Assembly: GCF_036365525.1 (NCBI RefSeq) | Contig: NC_090399.1 | Span: 46,470,430-46,534,429, forward strand | Origin: Heterodontus francisci | Taxonomy: Eukaryota | DNA: 64,000 nucleotides | Reading direction: 5' to 3' | Part shown: one piece after another, positions 48,544-61,574 of the stretch | How positions within the stretch are numbered: the stretch's first letter is position 1 | Layout of the letters: each line of letters begins with the position of its first letter | The notes under the pieces: model-generated | Told to the model about the DNA's origin: nothing | The model's database searches: none | The model's input: the letters and a program-made list of their open reading frames with translations, nothing else | Translations under genes and position numbers: made by a program

Positions 48544-48723
48544 CACACTCAGTAATAAACCACACACCTAAATAATAAACCATACAATCAGTAACAAATC
48601 ATACACCCAATAATAAACTGTACATCCAGTTAATAAACTACACACCCAGTCATAAATCTCACACCCAGCAATCAAACTCACACCCAGTAATGAAACCCAC
48701 ACCCAGTAGTAAACCACACACTC
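48544..48723 (-). repeat. 19-bp minisatellite, last block
   Basis: TAATAAACCACACACCC units. Confidence 0.85.
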
Positions 48724-49333
48724 AAGGCTGAATTTTATGTGCCCCCCAGAGATGGGCTAGGAGGTGGGCCCATAGAATTGCAATGGGAGGCAGGGCAGAG
48801 GGTTCGTCACCTTCCTGTCGCATCGCAATTTAGTCAGGGGTGTGATAGGCTGATGACGACCTTCCTGCTCAGAGGACAATTGAGGACCTTCAGAGGCCCA
48901 TTAACAGCTATTTAAGGGTGTCAAACCCCTGCCACTAGCATTCAGCCAGTGATAACCTGTACAACGGTGCATCAACAGCCATATTTGCATCCCACCTGTC
49001 CCACATCCAGAAACCCCCTCCGCAATACATCCTATATCCAAATGCTCATATACACTAAGATCTCCCTTTCACCATGTTCCAACCTTCCTGCACCATTTCC
49101 AGCAATTGGGGAGCCAAGATCCATCCTCCTAGTACTCCCAAACTCAAGGACCACACCTCACCAATATTCCCAGCCACCACTCCTCCTCCATTCCTTCCTC
49201 ACTTCACTTCTCCTCCCACTGCTCCCACATCCCAGATCGCCCTCCCAACATTACCAGACCTCACAATCGTTAGAACATGTGGAGGCAGGGGCTCGTAGCA
49301 GGACGGTTAGTAAATTGGCTACAAAACAGAGAC

Positions 49334-51975
49334 CTTCTTAGGCAGTCCTTTGGGAACGAGGATGACCGTTTTCCACTCCAGAGTGATGGGTCCTTAGGTG
49401 ACTGAATAGTCCAATTCTGGACCTGCACACTCTGCCACAGGTGGAGCAGGTGGTGTTTGGTGAGGGAGTGAATGGGATGCTCGAATTTCCGAACGCTCCT
49501 TCCACTGTTTGCACTTGGTCACTGCCTGGGCATGTCGACGTTGTTGGAACTGGCTGGCACCTTCGCGGATGCTTCTTCTCCATTTTGGGCGGTTTCGGGC
49601 AAGAGATTCCCATGAATCAGTGGAGATGTCACATTTTTGCAGGGAGGCTTTATGGACATCCTTGTAGCATTTCCTCTGTCGTCCTGATAGCCTCTTGCTG
49701 TGATGGAGCTCAGAGTAGAAAGCTTGTTTTAGGTGTCTTATGTCAGGCATGCGGACAATCTGGCCCACTCAGCATAACTGACTAGCCATGATCAGTGTCT
49801 CGATACTGGGGATGTTGGCCTGACAGAGGACACTGATATTGGAGCGCCTGTCCTGTCACTGAATTTGCAGGATCTTGCGGAGGCACCTGTGGTGATATCT
49901 CTCCAGGGCTTTGAGATGTCTGTTGTGCAGTGTCCATGTTTCCAATGTATGCAGGAGGGCAGGTAACATTGCGGCCCTGTAGACCATGAGCTTGGCACCA
50001 GGTTTGATGTCTTTGTCTTCAAACACGGTTTTCCTCAAGCGACTGAAAGCTGCGCTGGCACAGTGGAGGCGATGCTGAATTTCATCGTCGATGTCTGCCC
50101 GTGCTGAGAGGAAGCTCCAAAGGTATGAGAAGTGATTCACATTGTCCAGTGGTTCACTGTAGATCTTGATAGTCGGGGGTAGTGTTGCGCTGTGGGAGCA
50201 GGCTGGTAGAGGACCTTTGCCTTCTGGATGTTTAGCTTGAGGCCCATTCTTTCATACATCTTAGTGAATGCATTGCCGAGGGTTTCAAGCTCATCCTCTG
50301 AGTGTGCGCATACGCAAGCGTTGTCAGCGTACTGCAGCTCGATGACAGAGGTCGGAGTGGCCTTGCTTCTGGACTGGAGGCGATGTAGATTAAATAGTTT
50401 CCCACTCATCCTGTAGAGTAGATCGACACCCGCAAGGAGCTTCAAGGAAATGATGTGGAATGTTGCAGCGAGGAAGATGGAAAAGAGCATTGGTGCTATG
50501 ACACAGCCTTGCTTGACCCCAGTTTTCACTCGGATTGGCAAGGATCTGAGCTCCGTCATGGCAAGAGGCAACCAGGAGGGCAGATGAAACTCTACAAGGA
50601 TGTCCTTAAAGCCTCCCTGCAAAAAATGTGACCTCTCCACTGATTCATGGGATTCATGATTCACTCTTGCTCAAAACCGCCCAAAATGAAAAAGAAGCAT
50701 CCACAAAGGTGCCAGCCAATTCGAACAACGTTGACCTGCCTAGCCAGCGACCATGTGCAAACAGTGGAAGGAGCATTCAAGCAGGTTGTGCAGCAGGTGG
50801 ACGATGGAGACGAATTTCTCCAGGCAGTCAAATTTGAGAAGGATGTTCCATAATCCCTCCCGATTGATTGAGTCGAAGGCCTTTGGGAGGTCAAAGAGGG
50901 CCATGTATAAAGGTTGCTGCTGCCTCCTACATTTTTCTTGGAGTTGTCTTGCTGTGAAGATCATTCCCATTGTGCCTCCTGATGGACGGATTCCACATTG
51001 TGATTCCCGTAGGAGCTCTTCAGCCACGGGGAGGAGGCGGGTGAGGAGGACTCTTGTGATGACCTTCCCTGTGGTGGATAGCAGGGATACCCCTCTGTAG
51101 TATCCACAATCGGTCTTGTCGTCATTTCTGAAGATGGTCACAATTATGGCGTCTCAGATATCCCCTGGCATGCTCTCCTCGTTCCAGACGAGGGATATGA
51201 GACCATGTATTCATGTCAAGAGTGCCTCTGAGTCGTATTTTAGTATTTTGGTGGGAATTCTGTCTGTGCCGGTGGCCTTATTGTTTTTTAGCTGTCAGAT
51301 GTATTTTTGATCTCATGTTGTGCTGGGGTTGTGTTGAGATCGTAGCAGTAGCATGCTGTGGAATGTGACCAAGAGTACTCGCATCAAGGACTGAGTCACA
51401 ATTGAGAAGATCTTTGAAGTGCTCCTTCCGATGAGCGCTGACTGCCTCTCTGTCCTTGATCAGTGCCACTCCATTCTTTACTCTCAATGAGGTAGGTCCT
51501 TGGGTACTTGGGCCGTAAATGGTCTTGACTGCGCTGAGGAATGCACGCATGTGGTGGCTGTCAGTGAGTTGCTGCACTTGCTGTGCTCTTTCAGACAGTT
51601 CTTTAGTCATGGGTTTTTTGTTGGACCTTGGCCTTCAATTGTTTGAATACCTGCTTTTTTTCCCTCAAATTTTGGTGATGCTTCCAGTTCAGGAGCACCT
51701 TGCACTTGTGATTTAGTAGCTCCTGGATCTCTTGGTTGTTCTCATCAAACTAGTCTTGATGTTTCCTGGTCGAGAAACCAAGATTATCTTCACAAGTGCT
51801 GATTATGGTAGCTTTGAGGGCAGACCAGGCATTGTGGACATACTGTGGTTCCTGTTCATTGAGCTTCGCCAGGTTTGTCGGTAGACGCTGAGTCGGTCTT
51901 TCTTCGCCGAGTCCTTGATATCATTGTTGCTGATTTTCCTGTGCAGTGCTTCTGCTGCAACTGCCGCTTTTGGAC
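49334..51975 (-). mobile_element. Degenerate RTE-clade LINE with an internal inverted piece
   Basis: [33 protein letters not shown] and C-terminal CSTCGRVCRSRIGLFSHLRTH. Confidence 0.88.
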
Positions 51976-53736
51976 TGGATTTATGGAGATAGCAGCTCGG
52001 ATTAGGGATTAAGGGTAAGCACTCAGACTGGTGAAACTTGGGATGTGGTGTTCCACAGGGATCGGTGATAAGAGCACTGTTGTTCACCATTCAAATAAAT
52101 GATTTGGACAAGAGAATCGGCAGCACAATTTCAACATTTACACAAGACATCAAATTGAGGGAAGGGTAAGGTGGCTGGGGTATAGTAAATAATAAGGAAG
52201 ATTGTGACAAAATACAGGAAGACATGATTAAATTTACAGAATTGGTGTGTAGTCCGTGTTACACTCATCTGATTCCTGCTTAATATTGATTTTCTAGGAG
52301 GTATTATTCATTCTCAGTGCCAGACACTGAACACATACTTGATCTGGAAAGGGAGCCTTTCAAATTTCTGAATATTGAAACATCTGGTTAATTTATGCCC
52401 TCAGTATCGGCAGAATGGACCTTTTCCAAATGATCGTTCTTAGACGTGGACCTTAGAAACACGGAGCTCACAGTAGGAGAAGCCTATTTAGTGCTGGGCC
52501 ATGAAGCAGATGAAGCAGGTTCTAGATGTCTGTTGATCTGTTGCTGCTTTTGTTAATTTGGTTGATATTGTGGTTGCTGTGGTTACTGTACGTTTAACAG
52601 CCCCACCATTTGTGATTGATGCATTTCCAGCTGCTCACTGTTCACTGGCACTCACACCTGCTCTGTTTCCTCGAGTCATAGTGACTGTTCCAATTCACAC
52701 GAATCAAATCCGGACTTGAAATGTTCTCCAAGGAAGTGAAACATGATTGAGTCCCAGACCACCGATTGCTGACAGGGCAGTGTTGTTTCTGTGCTCTGGT
52801 GCATTGTCCCTTTTCACACTCTGTCCGGAAGTTGATTGGTTTGTGGATACTTTCTCTGATGTGGTCGGAAAGTCTTACAAAACCATTATCATGTGGTTAA
52901 TTGTCACAAGGCCTTACCCTGTTTGTCTTTTTCTGATTGGTCATTGACACAGTTTCTGTGCTGAGATGGCTGCCAGTTTTTTTATAAACCCCTCCCTCCC
53001 TAACTCTCTCTCTCCTCAACATGAAAATAATCTGCTGTTCTCAACAGATGAAAGGAAGTATTGAATATAATTGAACATCACATGGATTCCATTTGCACTG
53101 AAACCAGCAGTTCCTATATGTTCCGATATTCCTATGTTAATCCTGAGGCCTTGAAGAGAGAGATTACTGCAAGTCCCCACATGTATCAGTGCAGACAAGG
53201 CAGAGTCTGAAACTGCAACACATGGCTGGATCTTTATGAATGAGCTTGCAGCATGGGCGATCCAACCCCTGCCATTGGTCCATGCAATCAGAAGGAGCAG
53301 CAGGACGTAGCCAATGGCAGGTTTCAAATCCGCCTTCTAAATGCTGAGGTTTCTGAGCCCTCTGGTGAGATAGCCCGAGGGGCAGAATTTCACTTCAAAA
53401 TCACCTCCCGCAATAAATTTGTGAGATTTGTCATGCGTGAAATAGAAGCTATTGTAGGTTTATCTCTCAGCACTGGGCAAAGACCACACAGTTCAACAAA
53501 TAACGTGCATTTATATAGCGCCTTTCAGAGAGTAAAACATTCCAAAGTGGCTCACAGGAGCATTTATCAAACGGAATTTGACACTGAGGCACATAAGTAG
53601 TTGTCAGGATAGATGACCAAAAGCTTGGTCAATGAAGTATATTTTAAGGAGCCTTTTAACGAGCAGAGATGGGTAAAGATTTGGAGAGATTTAGCGTGGG
53701 AATTGCAGAGCTTAGGGAGCAGGCAGTTAAATACAC

Positions 53737-54710
53737 ATAGAATCATCGAGTCATCGAACCATTTACACCACAGAGGTTAGCCATTCGGCCCATCGAGTCC
53801 ATGCCTGCTGTCCACAGAGCTATCCAGTTAGTCCCAATCCAACACCCAATCCCTGTAGCCCTGCAAGACTATTTCCTTCAAGTGACCAGCCAATATCCTT
53901 TTGAAGTCATCGCTCGTCTCCGCTTCCACCACCCTGGAGGGCAGCGAGCTCCAGATCATTACTGCCCGCTGTGTAAAAAAGTTCTTCCTTATATTCCCCC
54001 TGCATCTCTTGCCCAAAACATTCAAGCTGTGTCCCTGGTCCTTGTACCATTCGTTAATGAGTACAGTTTCAACTTGTCCACCTTATCTAAGCCTGTCAGA
54101 ATCTTGTACACTCCTATCAAATTTCCCCTCAATCTCCTTTGATCCAAGGAGTTCAAAACCATATTTTCAAACCTAACCTTGTAACTGAAATCCTCCATCC
54201 CTGGAACCATTCTGGTAAATCTCCTCTGCACCCTCTCAAGGATACTCACATCCTTCCTGAGGTGTGGTGACCAGATGGAATACTCTGGTTGGAGCCTAAC
54301 CAGAGCTTTATAAAGGTTCAGCATAACTTCCCTGCTTTTCTACTCGATGCCTCCATTTATGAAGCCCAAGATCCCATATACTTTACCAATCACTCTCTCA
54401 GTATGTCCTGGCACCTTCAAAGATTTATGCACATGAACCCCCAGATCCCTCTGTTCCTGCACACTCTTTAGAACTGTGCCATTCAGCATATATTGTCTTT
54501 CCCTATTCTATCTGACAAATTTCATCACCTCACACCTGTCCGTATTAAATTCCATTTGCTACCTCTCTGCCCATTCTGCGAGCCTATCAATATCCTGTTG
54601 CAGGCGGTTCACATCATCCTCACTGCCGCACCACCAATGTTAGCGTCACCAGCAAATTTTGAGAATTTACTCTGTATTGCAAGATCCAAGTCATTTATAT
54701 GTAGCAAAAT
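53737..54710 (-). mobile_element. CR1 LINE 3' fragment specific to copy B
   Basis: LYKALVR...[14 protein letters not shown]...RRLRGNLIGVYKIL. Confidence 0.85.
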
Positions 54711-54967
54711 AAAATGGTGGAGCAATTAAGATCAGGGATGCTCAAGAGGCCAGAATTATTTATTTTCTTTTTTTATTTATTTATGGGCTGTAGGCATCGC
54801 TGGCAAGTCCCATTTATTTATTTCGAATCGCTAACTGCCATTGAGAAGGTGATGGTGAGCCACCTTCTTGAACCGCTGAAGTCCATGTGGTGTAGCTACA
54901 CCCACGGAGCTGTTAGGAAGGGAATTCCAGGATTTTGACCCAGCGACAGTGAAGGAATGGCAATATA

Positions 54968-57900
54968 AGAACAAAGAACAAAGAACAGGACAGCACAGGA
55001 ACAGGCCATTCAGCCCTCCAAGCCTGCGCCGATCTTGATGCCTGCCCAAAACTGAAAGCTTCTGCACTTCCGGGGTCCGTATCCCTCTATTTCCTTCCTA
55101 TTCATGTATTTGTCAAGATGCCTCTTAAACGTCGCTATCGTACCTGCTTCCACCACCTCCCCTGGCAGCAAGTTCCAGGCACTCACCACCCTCTGTGTAA
55201 AGAACTTGCCTCGCACATCCCCTCTAAACTTTGCCCCTCTCACCTTAAACCCATGTCCCCTAGTAACTGACTCTTCCACCCTGGGAAAAAGCTTCTGACT
55301 ATCCACTCTGTCCATGCCGCTCATAACTCTATCATGTTGCCCCTCCACCTCCGTCGTTCCAGTGAAAACAATCTGAGTTTATCCAAACTCTCCTCATAGC
55401 TAATGCCCTCCAGACCAGGCAACATCCTGGTAAACCTCTTCTGTACCCTCACCAAAGCCTCCACGTCCTTCTGGTAGTGTGGTGACTAGAATTGCACACA
55501 ATATTCTAAGTGTGGCCTAACTAAAGTTCTGTACAGCTGCAGCATGACTTGCCAATTTTTATACTCTGTGCCCCGACCGATGAAGGCAAGCATGCTGTAT
55601 ACCTTCTTGACTACCTTATCCACCTGCATTGCCACTTTCTGTGACCTGTGGACCTGTACGTCCAGATCTCTCTGCCTGTCAATACTCCTAAGAGTTCTGC
55701 CATTTACTGTATACTGCCCACCTGTATTAGATCTTCCAAAATGCATTACCTCACATTTGTCCGGATTAAACTCCATCTGCCATTTCTTCGCCCAAGTCTC
55801 CAACCGATCTATATCCTGCTGTATCCTCTGACGATCCTCATCACTGTCCGCAACTCCACCAACCTTTGTGTCGTCCGCAAACTTCCTAATCAGACCAGCT
55901 ACATTTTCCTCCAAATCATTTATGTATACTACAAACAGCAAAGGTCCCAGCACTGATCCCTGCGGAACACCACTAGTCACATCCCTCCATTCAGAAAAGC
56001 ACCCTTCCACTGCTACCCTCTGTCTTCTATGACAGAGCCAGTTCTGTATCCATCTTGCCAGCTGACCTCTGATTCCGTGTGTCTTCACCTTTTGTACCAG
56101 TCTGCCATTAGGGACCTTGTCAAAGACTTTACTGAAGTCCATATAGATAACATCCACTGCCCTTCCTTCATCAATCATCTTTATCACTTCCTCAAAAAGC
56201 TCAATCAATTTAGTGAGACACAACCTCCCCTTCACAAAACCATGTTGCCTCTCGCTAATAAGTTTGTTTGTTTCCAAATGGGAGTAAATCCTGTCCCGAA
56301 GAACATTCTCTAATAATTTCCCTTCCACTGACGTAAGGCCTATAATTTCCTGGATTATCCTTGCTACCCTTCTTAAACAAAGGAACAACACTGGCTATTC
56401 TCCAGTCCTATGGGACCTCACCTGTAGCCAATGAGGATGCAAAGATTTGTGTCGAGGCCCCAGAAATTTCTTCCCTTGCCTCCCTCAGTATTCTGGGGTA
56501 GATCCGATCAGGCCCTGGGAACTTATCTACCTTAATGCTTTGCAAGAAACCCAATACCTCCTCCTTTTTGATAATGAGATGACTGAGACTATCTACACTC
56601 CCTTTCCCTAGGATTGTCATCCACCAAGTCCTTCGCTTTGGTGAATACTGATGCAAAGCACTCATTTAGTATCTCGCCTATTTCCTCTGGCTCCATACAT
56701 AGATTCCCTTCTCTGTCCTTGAGTGGGCCAACCCTTTCCCTGATTACCCTCTTGCTCTTTATATACATATAAAAAGCCTTGGGATTTTCCTTAATCCTGT
56801 TTGCCAATGACTTTTCATGATCCCTTTTAGCCCACCTGACTCCTTGCTTAAGTTCCTTCCTACTGTCTTTATATTCCTCAAGGGATTCGTCTGTTCCTCG
56901 CCTTCCAGCCCTTACAAATGCTTCCTTTTTATTTTTGACTAGGCTCACAATATCCCGCGTTATCCAAGGTTCCTGAAACTTGCCAAACATATCCTTCTTC
57001 CTCCCAGGAACATGCCGGTCTTGGATTCTAATCAACTGACGTTTGAAAGACTCCCACATGTCAGATGTTGATTTACCCTCAAACAGCCACCCCCAATCTA
57101 AATTCTTCAGTTCCTGCCTAATATTGTTATAATTAGCCTTCCCCCAATTTCGCACCTTCACCCGAGGACTACTCTTATCCTTATCCACAAGTACCTTAAA
57201 ACTTATGGAATTATGGTCACTGTTCCCGAAATGCTCCCCTACTGAAACTTCGACCACCTGGCCGGGCTCATTCCCCAATACCAGGTCCAGTACGTCCCCA
57301 TCCCTAGTTGGACTATCTGAATATTGTTTCAAGAAGCCCTCCTGGATGCTCCTTACAAATTCTGCCCCATCCAAGCCCCGAGCACTCAATGAGTCCCAGT
57401 CAATATAGGGGAAGTTAAAATCACCCACCACTACAACCCTGTTACCTTTACATCTTTCCAAAATCTGTCTACGTATCTGTTCCTCTAACACCCGCTGGCT
57501 GTTGGGAGGCCTGTGGAAAACCCCTAACATCGTGACTGCACCCTTCCTATTCCTGAGCTCCACCCATATTGCCTCACTGCATGACCCCCTCCGAGGTGTC
57601 CTCCCGCAGTACAGCTGTGATATTCTCCTTAACCAGTAATGCAACTCCCCCACTCCTTTTACAGCCCCCACTATCCCGCCTGAAGCTTCTAAATCGTGGA
57701 ACATTTAGCTGCCAATCCTGTCCTTCCCTCAACCAAGTCTCTGTAATAGCAACAACATCATAGTTCCAAGTACTAATCCAAACTCTAAGTTCATCTGCCT
57801 TACCTGTTATACTTCTCGCATTGAAACAAATGCACTTCAGACCACCAGTCCTGCTGTGCTCCACAACATCTCCCTGCCTGCTCTTCCTCTTAGTCTTACT

Positions 57901-59556
57901 GGCCTTATTTACTAGTTCCCCCTCATTTATTTCACTTGCTGTCCTACTGCTCTGGTTCCCACCCCCCTGCCACACTAGTTTAAACCCTCCCGAGTGACAC
58001 TAGCAAACTTCGCAGCCAGTAAGTTTGTGCCCCTCCAGTTTAGATGCAACCTGTCCTTCTTGTACAGGTCCCATCTGTCCATGAAGAGAGCCCAATGGTC
58101 CCGATATCTGAAACCCTCCCTTCTACACCAGTTGTTCAGCCACGTGTTTAGCTGCACTATCTTCCTATTTCTAGCCTCACTGGCACGTGGCACAGGGAGT
58201 ACACCCGGGATTACAACCCTGGAGGTCCTGTATTTTAACTTTCTACCAAACTCCCTAAACTCCCCCTGCAGGACCTCATCACTCTTCCTGCCTATGTCGT
58301 TGGTACCGATGTGTACCACAACCTCTGGCTGTTCACCCTCCCCCTTCAGAATGCCCCCTGTCTGTTCAGAGACATCCTTGACCCTGGCACCAGGGAGGCA
58401 ACATACCTTCCTGGCGTCTCTTTCACGTCCACAGAAGCGCCTATCTATGCCCTTGACTCTCGAGGCCCAATTAACTATTGCTCTTCTGCGCTTTGTCCCT
58501 CCCTGCTGAACAACAGTGCCAGCCGTGGTGCCACTGCTTTGGCTGCCGCTGTTTTCCCCTGATAGGCCATTCCCCCTCAACAGTATCCAAAACGATATAC
58601 TTGTTAGAGAGGGGGATAGCCACAGGGGATTCCTGCACTGACTGCCTGCCCCTTCTGGCTGTCATCCATCTACCTGCCTGTACCTTGGGTGTAACCACTT
58701 CTCTGAAACTCCTGTCTATGACGCTTTCCGTCACCTGCATGCTCCTAAGTGCATCCAGTTGCTGCTCCAACCGATCCATGTGGTCTGTGATGAGCTGCAC
58801 TTGGTACACTTCCTGCAGATGTAGTCATCCGGAACGCTGGAAGCGTCTCGGACCTCCCACATCTCACAGGTGAAGCACTTCACCCCTCTAACTGACATTT
58901 CTAGCACTAATTAAAAAATTAATTTAAAATAAATAAATGCTTATTAAATCCTTACTAAATTGTTATAATTAACAATATGGTCCCAAATGCTAGATTCCTA
59001 CTATAAATATTAAATGCTAACTAAATACAGTAATCTCCTCCCTCTGGTTTAGTTACTCTACTTATTAATTAGTTAATTAGGGTTTTAATCAATTTTTATC
59101 AATGTTTTATTTTCAAATTCAGTAAAAATTCCCGACCAGCCAATCAGGTCACAGCTTTCCTGTGATGTCACTTTCAGTTTTTTTTACCAGATGTAGGTTT
59201 TTTATACTTACCGGTCTGGAACTCCGCCCTTCAAGTCTTCTCCCTGGATGCAGGCCACAAAACCCCGAGGTAAGTTTTTTTATACTTACCGGTCTGGAAC
59301 TCTGCCCTCCAAGTCTTCTCCCAGTCAGCTGTGCTCTTTGGAAGCTCTCGGTTCTCCTCACTCTGAGGACAGGTAGGAAATGAAAGGAGCTCCTCACTCC
59401 CTCCTCACTGAACTTCCTCAGTTACCAAACTTCCACTATAGCATTCTAATGCAACCCAAGTCAGCACACTAGTGCAAACAAAGTCAGCACTGCAGGATGG
59501 CTCACTTTTATACTGACTGACTCTAGCCACTGAAAACTGGTTTAAGCCAATTGTCT
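54968..59556 (-). mobile_element. Near full-length CR1 LINE (5' UTR, ORF1 with SGNH esterase domain, ORF2 APE endonuclease plus RT), frameshifted
   Basis: ORF1 CCLPGARVKDV...VVHIGTNDIG...DRLHLN (57975-58809). APE motifs FNARSI, ITETWL, GDFN, LDLVL, SDHN. RT motifs [22 protein letters not shown]. (AAGAACA)n 3' tail at 54968. Confidence 0.93.
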
Positions 59557-61574
59557 AATAGTTCCAAGTCAGGATGGTGTGTGGCTTGGAGGGGAACTTG
59601 CAGGTGGTGGTATTCCCATTACTCTGTTGCTCTTGTCCTTCGAGCAGGTAGAGGTCATGAGTTTGGAAGGTGCTGCCAAATGAGCTTTGGTGAGTTGCTG
59701 CTGTGCATCTTGTGGATGGTACGCACTGCTGTCACTATGCGCCGGTGGTGGATGCGGTGCCAATCAAGCAGGCTGGTTTATTTTGCATCACACTGAGTTT
59801 CTTGAGTGTTGTTGGAGCTGCACTTATTCAGGCAAGTAGGGAGTATTCCATCATACCCCTGACTTGTGCCTTGTAGATCGTGGAAAGGCCTTGGGGAGTC
59901 AGGAGGTGAGTTACTTGCTGCAGAATTTCCAGCCTCTGATCTGCTCTGATCTGCTCTTGTGGCAACAGTATCTTCAGGCTGATCCAGTTAATTTGTTGGT
60001 TAATGGTAAACCTCACGATGTTGAAAGTGGAAGATTCAGCACTGTTGAATGTCAATGGGATATGGTTAGATTCTCTTTGTTGGAGATGGTCATTGCCTGG
60101 GACTTGTTCAGCACAAATGTAACTTGCCATTTATCAGCCCAAGCCTGGATGTTGGCCAGGTCTTGCTGCATATGGACATGACCTACTTCAATATCTGAGG
60201 AGTCATGAATGATACCGAACATTGTGCAATCATCAGCGAACATCCCCACTTCTGATCTTATGATGGAGGGAAGGTCATTGATGAAGCAGCTGAAGATGGT
60301 TGGGTCCAGGACACTAGCTTGAGGAACTCCTGCGGTGATGTCCTGCAGCTGAGATGATTGACCTCCAACAACCACTACCGTCTTCCTTCGTGCTAGGTAC
60401 GATTCAACCAGTGGAGAGTTTTAACCCTGATTTCCATTGACTTCAATTTTGTTGGGACTCCATAATGCCACACTTGGTCAAATGCTGTCCCATGTTCATG
60501 TTTGAACCCAGGCAGTAATGGCTGGAGATGAGAGTCCATAGCGGAATTGGAGGAGTGCAGATATCTCAGAGGGGTTAGAGCTGGAGGAGATACAGAGACA
60601 GGGAGGGGCCAGGCCATGGAGGGATTTGAAAACAAGGAAGAACATTTGAAAATGGAAGCATTGCTTGATCGGGAGTCAATGGAAGTCAGCAAGCACGGGG
60701 TGATGGGTAATCGGGACTTGGTGCGAGTTAGGACATGGGCAGGAGAATTTTGAATGAATTGACGTTGATGTCGGGTGGAATTGGGAGTCTGAGCAGGAGT
60801 GCATTGGATTAGTCAGGAACAGAGGGAACAAAAGGATGAGAGAGTTTCAGCAGCAGATGAGCTGAGACAAAAGCGGAGTTGGGTGATGTTGGGGAGGTGG
60901 AAATAGGCCGTCTTAATGGTGGCATGAATATAAGTTCAGATGTTCATCTCGGGGTCAAATGCAAAGTCTGGGGTCAGCCTGGGATAACTTCCAGGGAGAG
61001 GGATGGAGTCGGTAGCGAGGGAATGGAGTTTGTCATGGGGACCAAAGACAATGGTTAAGGTTTTCCCAATGTCTGGTTGCAGGAATTTTCTGCTCATCCA
61101 GTACTGGATGTCGGATAAGCAGTCTGATAGTTTCAACACAGTGGAGGGGTCGAGAGAAGGGGTGGTGAGGTAGAGCTGAGTGTTGTCAGGGTACGTGTGA
61201 AAACTCATGCTGTGCTTTTGGATAATGTTGCCGAGGGGCAGCAAGTTGCTGGGAAATAGGAGGAGGACAAGGATCGATCCTGAGGATTGACAGTGCAGGA
61301 ATAGGAAGAGGAGCCATTGATGGTGATTCAGTGGATTCGATTAGATTGAGAAGAAGGCAGACGAGTATTGTCACATCCAGCTGGTTCCTGTGCCTTCTGA
61401 CCACTTCCTGAAGATACTGTCATATCACATTTGATGCTAAAATAGGAGATGCAGAGCAAAAGTGGCAGAAAATAAATATTATTAAAATTCTGAAATTGTA
61501 ATACAAGTAGAAGGAAAGGAAGGGTTTGAAATGGGAGAGCTGGAGCACAGCAAGTAAAAATGAAGAATTTATTT

